Shown: in pieces, positions 16,554 through 24,078 of the stretch
How the letters are laid out: the number at the start of each line of letters is the position of its first letter
Position numbering within the stretch: position 1 is the first letter of the stretch
Origin: a virus
Virus record (IMG/VR): IMGVR_UViG_3300049015_000016
Coordinates: 1-60,801 of that record
DNA: 60,801 bases
Reading direction: 5' to 3' (one strand)
The notes under the pieces: generated by a model
Databases searched by the model: none
What the model was told of the DNA's origin: nothing
The model's input: the letters and a program-made list of their open reading frames with translations, nothing else
Translations under genes and position numbers: made by a program

Positions 16554-17620
16554 AGAACGACGATATTGCGCAGCGCCTGATGGCGGCGGCCGGGAGCGCA
16601 AAAAGCTGGGACGAGGTGATGATTTCGGTCGCGCTGATCCGTGCCGCGGCGCAGCGGCTGTGGCCGGTGGTCGACCTGGAAAGCGTCGAGGACTTGAGGC
16701 AGTTCGTGTGCGCATTCGACATGCAGTCTGGCGACCTGTTGCTGGCGGTGCACCAGCGCGCCGCCTCGGCCAGCGCCGCCCGCATCGCCGAGCTGTCCAC
16801 AGCCGTGGTCGAGTGGAAGGGCCGCCACGCCGATGCTGCGGATCGCATCGTTGAGCTGGGGGCGAAGTATGTCGACCAGACGCGCCGCATCGCCGAGCTG
16901 GAGGCGGAGAACGCCCGGCTTGCTGCGGAAGTGGAAGCGCTGCGCAAGCGAGTTCTGCCGGAAGGCTGGCGCGCGGTCCCGGAACGCCTGACCTATCGCA
17001 TGAAGCGTGTAGGCCGACAATTTGGCTATCACGAGCAGCATGTTCAGTGGGCCGCGTTGCTCGAGGCCGCTCCACCTCTCCCGATTGAGGCGGTCGCCGC
17101 CGCTCCCGCTGCCCCTGTCTCCGCATCCCCGCAGCAGGCAGCGCCTGCCGAACTGACGGACGATCAGATCGAGGCGATCTTCGAGAAATGCACGGACAGC
17201 GATGGCTACCCGCCAGTCGTGGGCTTTGCCCGCGCCGTTCTCGCCGCATCCCATCAGCCCGACGACCTGCGCGCCGCCGTGCGCAACATGGTGGCATCGC
17301 TGCGCAATGGCGAATGGGCCGAAGACCTCACCCTGACCGGCGACGCGGCGGACCTGCAATCGGTCATCACGAAGCTGGTCGGCGAGGACGCATCCCATCA
17401 AGCCGCAGCAGGCGCAGAAGGGGCGGACGGCTGGCACGCGAATAAGGGCTGGGCACCTGTCATTGAGGCAGAGCTGCGTGATGGTTCCATCCTTGTTGTG
17501 GGCATGAAGAGCTGCCTCGATTGGGAGGTAGCCGGCGAAAATGAGCCGAGCGACATCATCCGCGCTCGCCTGTCGTTCGCCGCTCCGTCCACCTCTCAGC
17601 CTGCACGGGAGGGCGAGTGA
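16544..17620 (+). CDS. Hypothetical protein with coiled-coil segment
   Basis: 358 aa; RRIAELEAENARLAAEVEALRKR. Confidence 0.65.
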   Translation: MELKNDDIAQRLMAAAGSAKSWDEVMISVALIRAAAQRLWPVVDLESVEDLRQFVCAFDMQSGDLLLAVHQRAASASAARIAELSTAVVEWKGRHADAADRIVELGAKYVDQTRRIAELEAENARLAAEVEALRKRVLPEGWRAVPERLTYRMKRVGRQFGYHEQHVQWAALLEAAPPLPIEAVAAAPAAPVSASPQQAAPAELTDDQIEAIFEKCTDSDGYPPVVGFARAVLAASHQPDDLRAAVRNMVASLRNGEWAEDLTLTGDAADLQSVITKLVGEDASHQAAAGAEGADGWHANKGWAPVIEAELRDGSILVVGMKSCLDWEVAGENEPSDIIRARLSFAAPSTSQPAREGE

Positions 17621-17835
17621 TGGAACTTAAGCGAACGGACATTCAAGCCCTGCGCGATCTGCAAGCACAACACCCAATCGGCATGTGGAGTTACGGCGTC
17701 TACAAAGCTGTTCTGTCACGGCTGCTGGCAGCAGGCCTGATCCGATGGAAGCCCGGCAGCTACCAGAGCTGGGTAGTCATCACGAAGGCCGGCCGCGAAG
17801 CTCTCGCCGCCGCAACCACCACCAAGGAGGCGTGA
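17620..17835 (+). CDS. Small winged-helix-like protein
   Basis: ATG at 17620 overlaps the upstream stop (TGATG). Confidence 0.55.
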   Translation: MELKRTDIQALRDLQAQHPIGMWSYGVYKAVLSRLLAAGLIRWKPGSYQSWVVITKAGREALAAATTTKEA

Positions 17836-17836
17836 C

Positions 17837-18067
17837 GTGGGCGACCTGAAAAAGATCCGTGAAGCCGCGCGTCAGTTCGCGGCGGACAACATCGCCGAGT
17901 GTGCGGTTGAAATTCTGGAGTGGCACGACACGGCCATCCTGCGCGACGGCAAAGTGCGTGAGCTGGCGTACATGCTGCGGCCGCTCTTCAACGATGCCGA
18001 CAATCTGCGTGGCGCCGAGTCGTTCATCAACGTGGAAGCGCTTAAGTTCGCCGCCCGCTCCCGCTAA
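17837..18067 (+). CDS. Hypothetical protein
   Basis: GTG start with AGGAGG 7 nt upstream. Confidence 0.55.
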   Translation: MGDLKKIREAARQFAADNIAECAVEILEWHDTAILRDGKVRELAYMLRPLFNDADNLRGAESFINVEALKFAARSR

Positions 18068-18089
18068 CCAATCACCGAGAGAATAAATC

Positions 18090-18653
18090 ATGAAAACGAC
18101 ACTGAACAAAATCCGCAAACATTCGCCCTGTAAAGAGGGCTGGGAAACGTTGCTGCGCACGCTGGGCAAAACCACGGCTGACGACGAGCCTGTGAGCATT
18201 CTGCAAATCCTCGACAGCAATGGCCTGGACGACGCGTTGTGGTGTCTGAGGGCGGTTGATGGACACGACCGTGAAATCCGTCTGTTCGCTGTCTGGTGTG
18301 CGCGTCAGGTAGAACATCTGATGACGGATGAGCGCAGCCGTCAGGCGTTGACGGTCGCGGAGCGCTATGCGAATGGCGACGCTACCGACAGCGAACTGGC
18401 CGCAGCGAGGGCCGCAGCGAGGGACGCAGCGTGGGACGCAGCGGGGGACGCAGCGTGGGCCGCAGCGAGGGAAGCAGCGAGGGAAGCAGCGAGGGCCGCA
18501 GCGAGGGACGCAGCGTGGGCCGCAGCGTGGGCCGCAGCGTGGGAAGCAGCGAGGGCCGCAGCGAGGGCCGCAGCGAGGGCAAAACAGGAAACGTACTTGC
18601 GCGAGCTGTGCGCGCGCACGGATGCCGAAGAAGCGGCAGCGGCAGCGGCATAA
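18090..18653 (+). CDS. Hypothetical protein with Ala-rich tetrapeptide repeat domain
   Basis: The N-terminal domain has good composition (ILQILDSNGLDDALWCLRAVDG). It is followed by 15 in-frame AA[RWG][DEA] repeats. Confidence 0.7.
   Translation: MKTTLNKIRKHSPCKEGWETLLRTLGKTTADDEPVSILQILDSNGLDDALWCLRAVDGHDREIRLFAVWCARQVEHLMTDERSRQALTVAERYANGDATDSELAAARAAARDAAWDAAGDAAWAAAREAAREAARAAARDAAWAAAWAAAWEAARAAARAAARAKQETYLRELCARTDAEEAAAAAA
18399..18578 (+). repeat. 15 tandem copies of the 12-bp unit G[AC][AC]GCAGCG[ATG]GG
   Basis: Counted directly. In frame within 18090..18653, and the region is open in all six frames. Confidence 0.95.
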
Positions 18654-18676
18654 ACCAATCACCGAGAGGAAACACC

Positions 18677-19549
18677 GTGAACAAAGAACAGATCGAAGAA
18701 TTGAAGCGGCGGGCGCGGGCGGCAACGCCGGGGCCGTGGCGCAAGGGCGCGGGGCAAACTGTCGGCCCCATCTCCAGAGATGATGACCAAAGCTACGGCA
18801 TGGTTGTTTCAATCGCAGATATCTACGGCGACCGCGATGAAGAGGACACGGCTTACATCGCCGCTGCCAACCCAGCCGCCGTGCTGGAGCTGATCGCCCT
18901 TGCCGAGCGCGCCGCACTTGTCACGCCAGCACCACAAGCAGCGGCGGGGAAACACCCCGTAGTAGAGATGCTTCGTCGCGCAATGGATATGGCTGGATTG
19001 AAGGGAGTCGAACGAGGCCTGTTGATCGGTTTCTTCGGCAACGAGTGGAACAAGGCACTCGCCACCCCAGCCGCCGCACCTGTCAAGGAAAGCGCGACGG
19101 CGGGCGGAATTATCGGCTGGGTTGCGCGGACGCCGCACGGCCTGCAAATCCGCGAGACCGAGCCGGATGCTAACGCGCCTTTCGCTGGGTTCTGGAAGCC
19201 AGTCGTGCATGCCGCAGCATCGCAGGCCCAGGCCGAGCCGGTCGCTTGGTACAGCGGAACGAAGTTCTACGGCACGCAGGAGGCTGCGATCTGCGGGAAT
19301 GAGCCGCACGCCCGCCCGCTCGTGTACGCCGGCCCCGCCCCCTCTGCTGCGAGCAGCGATGCGCGGGATGCGGCGTGCGTGTGGAAGCCACACAGCGACG
19401 ACAGCGGCGGCTGGGAGCTGAGCTGTGGCACGTCATGGTGGTTCCCGGACGGCGGCCCCCAGGAGAACGGCGTCAAGTTCTGCCCATGCTGCGGTAAGCC
19501 CGCCGAGATCGCCGCTCTGTCCGCTCCAGCAGCGGGGGAGGCATCGTGA
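18677..19549 (+). CDS. Ead/Ea22-like protein
   Basis: GTG at 18677 after GAGAGGA. Motifs ATPGPWR and YIAAANPAAVLELIALAE are typical of Ea22-like proteins. There is a C-terminal CPCCG zinc motif. Confidence 0.65.
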   Translation: MNKEQIEELKRRARAATPGPWRKGAGQTVGPISRDDDQSYGMVVSIADIYGDRDEEDTAYIAAANPAAVLELIALAERAALVTPAPQAAAGKHPVVEMLRRAMDMAGLKGVERGLLIGFFGNEWNKALATPAAAPVKESATAGGIIGWVARTPHGLQIRETEPDANAPFAGFWKPVVHAAASQAQAEPVAWYSGTKFYGTQEAAICGNEPHARPLVYAGPAPSAASSDARDAACVWKPHSDDSGGWELSCGTSWWFPDGGPQENGVKFCPCCGKPAEIAALSAPAAGEAS

Positions 19550-19743
19550 GCCTGCTCGGCGAAATGATCGGCCGCACGGCCCGGTGTTTGAAGTGCGGCG
19601 CGCAAGGCATTGGCACCTGCGCGTGCTGGGAAGCGTGTTCGTGCGGCTGGACCGCTGAGGCCGGCAAACCGTGTGGCAACCCGAGCACGACGAAATGCTC
19701 CACGAAGGTCAAGTACGGCAAGCGGAAGAAGCGCGCTGACTAA
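19546..19743 (+). CDS. Small Cys-rich protein
   Basis: 65 aa, CLKCGAQGIGTCACWEACSCGW; GTGA overlap. Confidence 0.5.
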   Translation: MSLLGEMIGRTARCLKCGAQGIGTCACWEACSCGWTAEAGKPCGNPSTTKCSTKVKYGKRKKRAD

Positions 19744-19771
19744 CCCCCGCCCCACTCACAGAAAGAGGAAT

Positions 19772-21142
19772 ATGGACAACACGAACAACGAAGAACTCAA
19801 GCCGTGCCCGTTCTGCGGCGGCAGGGCTCATATCGACAGCAACCGCGACTGGCACCGGCTGCGCGGCGAGCATACGAGCAAGTGCGTATTCGATCACTAC
19901 GAAGAAATGGCGACAGCGCCGGCGACCGCCGAGGGGCTTGTATGGCTGTACACCGCCTGGAATGGGCGCGCCGCCCCGGCACCAGCAGCAAGCGCGAGCA
20001 TCGACACGGAAGAGTTGCATGGGCTGCTGAATTCCGTGTGGGCTCTTGGTCGCCAAGAAGACCCGGACACTGGCGAGGTAACGAAGCGCATCATCGCGCA
20101 CATCGATCAGCACGTCGCCGCTGCCGACCGCAAGGCGCGCATCGATGTAGCCGTGGCTCTCGGCCTTGGCGACAATGGCATGCACACGTTCGCCTGGGAA
20201 TACCTGCTCACCGCCATCGAGGCATGCTCGAAAGGCGTCGAGGAGCAGGAAGAGGAATTGGAACGGCTGCGTGCCGCTCCCGCACCAGTGAGCGCCGTGC
20301 CGCTGGTCAAAGCGCTCGGCGAGCTGCTGGGGGCCGCCACCAATGAGCAGCGATTCAAGGCTGCGGCGGGCGCCCGTGCGGCGTTGACTGAATACCGCGC
20401 GTCCCTTCCCCCATCTGCGGGCGCACCAGCAGACAACCTCCAGCGCGCCGCCGGCATCACGGCGACGTGGCCGGAGTGGAAGCGCGGTTACAAGCTGACC
20501 AAGCACAGTGAGGCGGCTGGCGCACCAGTGAGCGCAGCGGATCAGGGCCGTCCTGCTGATGCGCATGTACCACGTCTGCAACCCCGATACGTCGCGCGCA
20601 GCGTGGACGGTAAGCAGCACGACACTGGCCGCGTCGAGCGGGCCGATGGCGGGTTCCTTGCCTCAACCTATTCTGTAGAGGAGGCGCAATACATTGCGGA
20701 CGCCCTGAACTTCGCCACGGAGCACCGAGCAGCCGCCCAGCCAGCACGCCAGCAAGAGGCGGAACAGGCGGCGTGCAAGGTGTGTAACGGCATCCGCGCC
20801 ATAGCCGGCCCAATCGGCGATCCGCCGTCCGAATGCGACGCGTGCTCTGACCAGTCGCCAGCAGACGGGCAGGAACTGCCGGCGCTGCCGCACACGACGT
20901 ACAACGGGTACAGCGATGGCAGCGAACCGTTGTACACCGCCGACCAGATGCGAGACTACGCCCGCGCCGCCGTGGCTGCGGCAATGCGCCAGCCGCAGGG
21001 CGATGAGCAAACCATGCGCAGCTTGATCGAAGATGCTGTAGCGAACCACAATTCGCCGGAAGGCTACATCAAGCTCTGCATGACGTACTTCCGCCACGGA
21101 TCCCTCGCTGCCAAGCAGGGCGAGAAAGGCGGTGCGGCATGA
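19772..21142 (+). CDS. Lar-like zinc ribbon fused to a long C-terminal region
   Basis: N-terminus ELKPCPFCGGRAHI...AWNGRA resembles Lar-family restriction-alleviation proteins. About 390 further residues follow. Confidence 0.65.
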   Translation: MDNTNNEELKPCPFCGGRAHIDSNRDWHRLRGEHTSKCVFDHYEEMATAPATAEGLVWLYTAWNGRAAPAPAASASIDTEELHGLLNSVWALGRQEDPDTGEVTKRIIAHIDQHVAAADRKARIDVAVALGLGDNGMHTFAWEYLLTAIEACSKGVEEQEEELERLRAAPAPVSAVPLVKALGELLGAATNEQRFKAAAGARAALTEYRASLPPSAGAPADNLQRAAGITATWPEWKRGYKLTKHSEAAGAPVSAADQGRPADAHVPRLQPRYVARSVDGKQHDTGRVERADGGFLASTYSVEEAQYIADALNFATEHRAAAQPARQQEAEQAACKVCNGIRAIAGPIGDPPSECDACSDQSPADGQELPALPHTTYNGYSDGSEPLYTADQMRDYARAAVAAAMRQPQGDEQTMRSLIEDAVANHNSPEGYIKLCMTYFRHGSLAAKQGEKGGAA

Positions 21143-21375
21143 AGAACTACATTCTCGAAGTAGAGCGCAACGCCGAGGGTGCCGCGCTGGCCTATATGTC
21201 CGCCGAGGGTGCTGGTAGCGGGTACCGCATCGCCGGGCCGAAAGCATGGGGTGGGAGCCGGAACCTCGCCACGCTGACAGTTTGCGGCGACGATCTCGTG
21301 TCCTTCATTATCGACTGCGCGCCGGAAGTGGCGGCAGCCATCGCTGCCAAGCAGGCCGGAAAGGAATCGCAATGA
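21139..21375 (+). CDS. Hypothetical protein
   Basis: 78 aa; ATGA overlap upstream. Confidence 0.55.
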   Translation: MKNYILEVERNAEGAALAYMSAEGAGSGYRIAGPKAWGGSRNLATLTVCGDDLVSFIIDCAPEVAAAIAAKQAGKESQ

Positions 21376-21584
21376 AGCCGTCGCCGCAAATGATCCGTGT
21401 TCTCCAGGATGTGCGCGATGGGTTTGGAGCGTACAGCACGGCTACCGGGAAGGCATTCGGCGGTCGTTACCGGACCGCGCGCGCCCTGCGCCACCACGGG
21501 CTGCTCGACTTCAACCACCGGCTGACCGAGGCTGGCAAGGCTGCGCTGGCGGCGGCTGAGCAGGCCGGAAAGGAGCCGACGTGA
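21372..21584 (+). CDS. Hypothetical small wHTH-like protein
   Basis: Start refined to the ATG at 21372 (ATGA overlap). Confidence 0.5.
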   Translation: MKPSPQMIRVLQDVRDGFGAYSTATGKAFGGRYRTARALRHHGLLDFNHRLTEAGKAALAAAEQAGKEPT

Positions 21585-21967
21585 GCGCCGCATGCCGCGA
21601 TGATGGCCGCTGCCAGCACGCCATCGACCACGGCGCCGAGGGGCTGGCCGCGTGCCCTGCCGGGAAGTGCTGCATGCCCCGCGCCGACCATGACGCAGCA
21701 ATGCGCGCTGACTTCGAGGGCTGGTGGCAAGACGATCCCAACATCGGCTACGTGGAAAGCCTGATAAAGAAAAGGGCCGCCTGGGCTGCGTGGCAAGCGG
21801 CCACCCGCCGCGCCAGCGAACGCGAGAAGGCAATTCGGTCTGTGTTGGCCGACATGGTGAAGATGATGGACGACGGGGACGAGCACGGCGCCGGGAGTGA
21901 GTGGCACACCAAGGCGGTCGCCGTGCTCGCTGCTGCCGCACCAGAAGAGAAGCCCAAGGGGGCGTGA
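21581..21967 (+). CDS. Hypothetical protein
   Basis: 128 aa; GTGA overlap upstream. Confidence 0.5.
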   Translation: MSAACRDDGRCQHAIDHGAEGLAACPAGKCCMPRADHDAAMRADFEGWWQDDPNIGYVESLIKKRAAWAAWQAATRRASEREKAIRSVLADMVKMMDDGDEHGAGSEWHTKAVAVLAAAAPEEKPKGA

Positions 21968-22242
21968 TGGAAAAATTCGACGAGATGCAGGAGCTGTTCA
22001 AACAGCGCGGCATGGATCACATGCTGATCCGGTCCCGCACCAGCGCCGAGATGGCCGAGCTGTGCGCCAAGATCGACCAGACGTTCGCCGAGGGCGAGAC
22101 GCGACTGCAGATCGCCGAAGGCAAGCGCGAGGACAAGCGCGTCAAAAAACAGGAGCGGCGCAAGGCCCGCCAGGCCGACATCTGCCTGATCGTGCCGGAC
22201 GAGCGCCGCAGCGCGGACCGCCGCGGTAAGCGGAGATTTTAG
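21967..22242 (+). CDS. Hypothetical protein
   Basis: ATG at 21967 overlaps the upstream stop by 1 nt; 91 aa. Confidence 0.55.
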   Translation: MEKFDEMQELFKQRGMDHMLIRSRTSAEMAELCAKIDQTFAEGETRLQIAEGKREDKRVKKQERRKARQADICLIVPDERRSADRRGKRRF

Positions 22243-22252
22243 GGAGGGAGCG

Positions 22253-22666
22253 ATGGAGCAGTTCAAGTACCGCGATCAGCGCGAGCCGGAGGCGATCGAC
22301 GCCGGCCGGCTGCGTGTAACGAAAGAGGAGTTCGACGACATCAGTTTGCTCGTGTTGCTGGCGCTGGACGCCGCGAAGCGCGGCGAAGCCAACAACGCGA
22401 TGGTCAACCGGCTGCTGGAGCACGTGCTGACCGCCTACACGCTGTGGACGAAGACCAGGAACGACGTGCTGATGCGGCGCGGCTACGCCGGCTATCTGGC
22501 GTTGCAATCCGCGTGCGCGAAGTATCCCAGCAAGCTGCGCCTGGCCGGCACCGAGTACCGTGACGTGCGCAACGTCGTGTCGGCGTACTTGCGGCAGATG
22601 GAATTCATGCGGGCCAGCGATCTGGTGGCGGCGTATCGCGTGGCGCTGGAAAAATTGGGTGCGTGA
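22253..22666 (+). CDS. Hypothetical protein
   Basis: 137 aa with GGGAGGGAG upstream. Confidence 0.6.
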   Translation: MEQFKYRDQREPEAIDAGRLRVTKEEFDDISLLVLLALDAAKRGEANNAMVNRLLEHVLTAYTLWTKTRNDVLMRRGYAGYLALQSACAKYPSKLRLAGTEYRDVRNVVSAYLRQMEFMRASDLVAAYRVALEKLGA

Positions 22667-22670
22667 TTAT

Positions 22671-22700
22671 TTGTTGAATGCTGGAAACTTGAGGTAGAAT
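22671..22700 (+). promoter_or_regulatory. Candidate promoter TTGTTG-N18-TAGAAT
   Basis: Hexamers at 22671-22676 and 22695-22700. Confidence 0.4.
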
Positions 22701-22706
22701 GAAATC

Positions 22707-22785
22707 TCACCTCCTCCAGTGTGAAAAGGGCGGCAACCCGCCGCCCCGTATTGCTCGCCGCCGGATAACCTCCGGCGGTTTTTTT
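22707..22785 (+). ncRNA. Candidate ~80-nt small RNA with anti-SD-like 5' region
   Basis: Lies between the candidate promoter and a strong terminator. The single-stranded 5' part contains UCACCUCCUCC. A 7-bp GC hairpin sits at 22728-22734/22740-22746, followed by the terminator hairpin and U7. Confidence 0.4.
22758..22785 (+). terminator. Rho-independent terminator
   Basis: CCGCCGGA-taacc-TCCGGCGG stem followed by 7 T. Confidence 0.85.
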
Positions 22786-22972
22786 ACAGCACCGTCTCCG
22801 TCAACTGCTCGACGATCGCCGACAGCGATGCCGCCGCGACAGCGACGGCGCACAGCACCATGGCCAGGCGCTCGACGAGCGAGCCGCCGCCGCGACGCTT
22901 CTGGAATTCGCTGAAGGTTTCGTTCTGGCGCGGGAATTTGTCGGCCTCGCGCATGCGTTCGATGCTGTCCAT
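22784..22972 (-). CDS. Small C-terminally anchored membrane protein, opposite strand to its neighbours
   Basis: MDSIERMREADKFPRQNETFSEFQKRRGGGSLVERLAMVLCAVAVAAASLSAIV... GGAGG lies 5 nt upstream of the ATG at 22972. Confidence 0.55.
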   Translation of the reverse strand: MDSIERMREADKFPRQNETFSEFQKRRGGGSLVERLAMVLCAVAVAAASLSAIVEQLTETVL

Positions 22973-23228
22973 GATGTCCTCCGGGTGGTTATTTTTTGGT
23001 GTGGTGGCTCGCCCTGCCCGAGCCCGATCCGCTGCGGTATCCCGTCTGCGGATGTCCCACGTCGATGCCAGTATAAGGGCTGGCGCTGGTGTTGCCGCGG
23101 TTAATGCACTCATCGGCTTGCACGTCTCTCCTTACTGCGCAACCGATTCTACGCCCAGCGCCACCAATGTCAATCCTCAATGTTTCCCACGTACCACCAG
23201 CGCAACAGCAAAACGTGTTCCGCTGCTC

Positions 23229-23257
23229 AATTTTTCCGCAAGGCATTGCGATATAAT
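23229..23257 (+). promoter_or_regulatory. Candidate promoter (TATAAT at 23252-23257)
   Basis: Perfect -10 hexamer in a 340-bp non-coding gap, but the -35 is weak. Confidence 0.3.
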
Positions 23258-23316
23258 CTGTTGCATCCCAACAAAACAGGTGGCATTCGGTCATCTGGCC
23301 AACCGAAGGATGCGAA

Positions 23317-24069
23317 ATGACAACTGCAATTCGTGTGGATGACCCCGATACCCGGGAATCCTTTATCGTACAGGGCCAGGACGGCTCGATGCATACGCGA
23401 CTGACCACGCTGCTAAACGGTGAAGATCCGCGCGGCGTGAACCGGACGATCAACGGCGGCACGCAACACTTCGCGATCAAGCGCATCGCGACGACCACGG
23501 CCGGAACGTTCCTGGGCAACGGCAACGTCAACGTCGCCCCGAACGGCACGGTGGGTCAGCAGGGCGACTACATCGAAAACGTCGTCGTCGAGGTGAAAGC
23601 CATGGCCAGCGGCGGCAAGGCGGGCGTATTCCTGACGCAGCTCTCGGACCCTGTGTTCGCCCAGGGCCTGACCGGCTCGGCGATCACGAACACCACCAGC
23701 CAGACGTTCACGGCCGGCTCGAACCTGACGCTGACGGCCAACCAGCTGGCCGACCGGGTGATCTCGTTCCAGTACACGCCGACCGGCCTGTCGCCCATGT
23801 GGTTCACCACCCGCATCGTGTCGCACGCCGCCGTCGCTGCGTCGGCGACGTTGCCGTTTACGCTGGAGGATACCCCGGACGCCGGCAGCGCGCCTACCAG
23901 CTGGATCATCCACGGCGTGCTGGCCCGGCGCCTGCTGGACCCGGCCGCGCCGGCCACGTCCGTCCCGTACAACATCACTTGCCGCTACGAGGCCGAAACG
24001 GGCGGCTTCGTCGCATGGATCGGCAACGGCGTCGTCAATGCCGACATCTACGGCGTTCTGGCCGGCTAA
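23317..24069 (+). CDS. Hypothetical structural-like protein (possible tailspike adaptor)
   Basis: 250 aa, Thr/Gly/Asn-rich beta-type composition. Co-transcribed with the beta-helix protein. Confidence 0.65.
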   Translation: MTTAIRVDDPDTRESFIVQGQDGSMHTRLTTLLNGEDPRGVNRTINGGTQHFAIKRIATTTAGTFLGNGNVNVAPNGTVGQQGDYIENVVVEVKAMASGGKAGVFLTQLSDPVFAQGLTGSAITNTTSQTFTAGSNLTLTANQLADRVISFQYTPTGLSPMWFTTRIVSHAAVAASATLPFTLEDTPDAGSAPTSWIIHGVLARRLLDPAAPATSVPYNITCRYEAETGGFVAWIGNGVVNADIYGVLAG

Positions 24070-24078
24070 GGGGGCACC

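Noticed and set aside
18399-18578. Possible CRISPR-like or non-coding satellite array.
   Set aside because: The units are 12 bp with no spacers. They are in frame inside a well-supported gene and keep the reading frame. This is a coding tandem repeat.
22699-22914. 71-aa plus-strand ORF starting at the ATG at 22699.
   Set aside because: It runs straight through two GC hairpins and the U7 terminator and then antisense to a better minus-strand gene. The composition is Pro/Arg-rich. The region is better explained as an RNA element.
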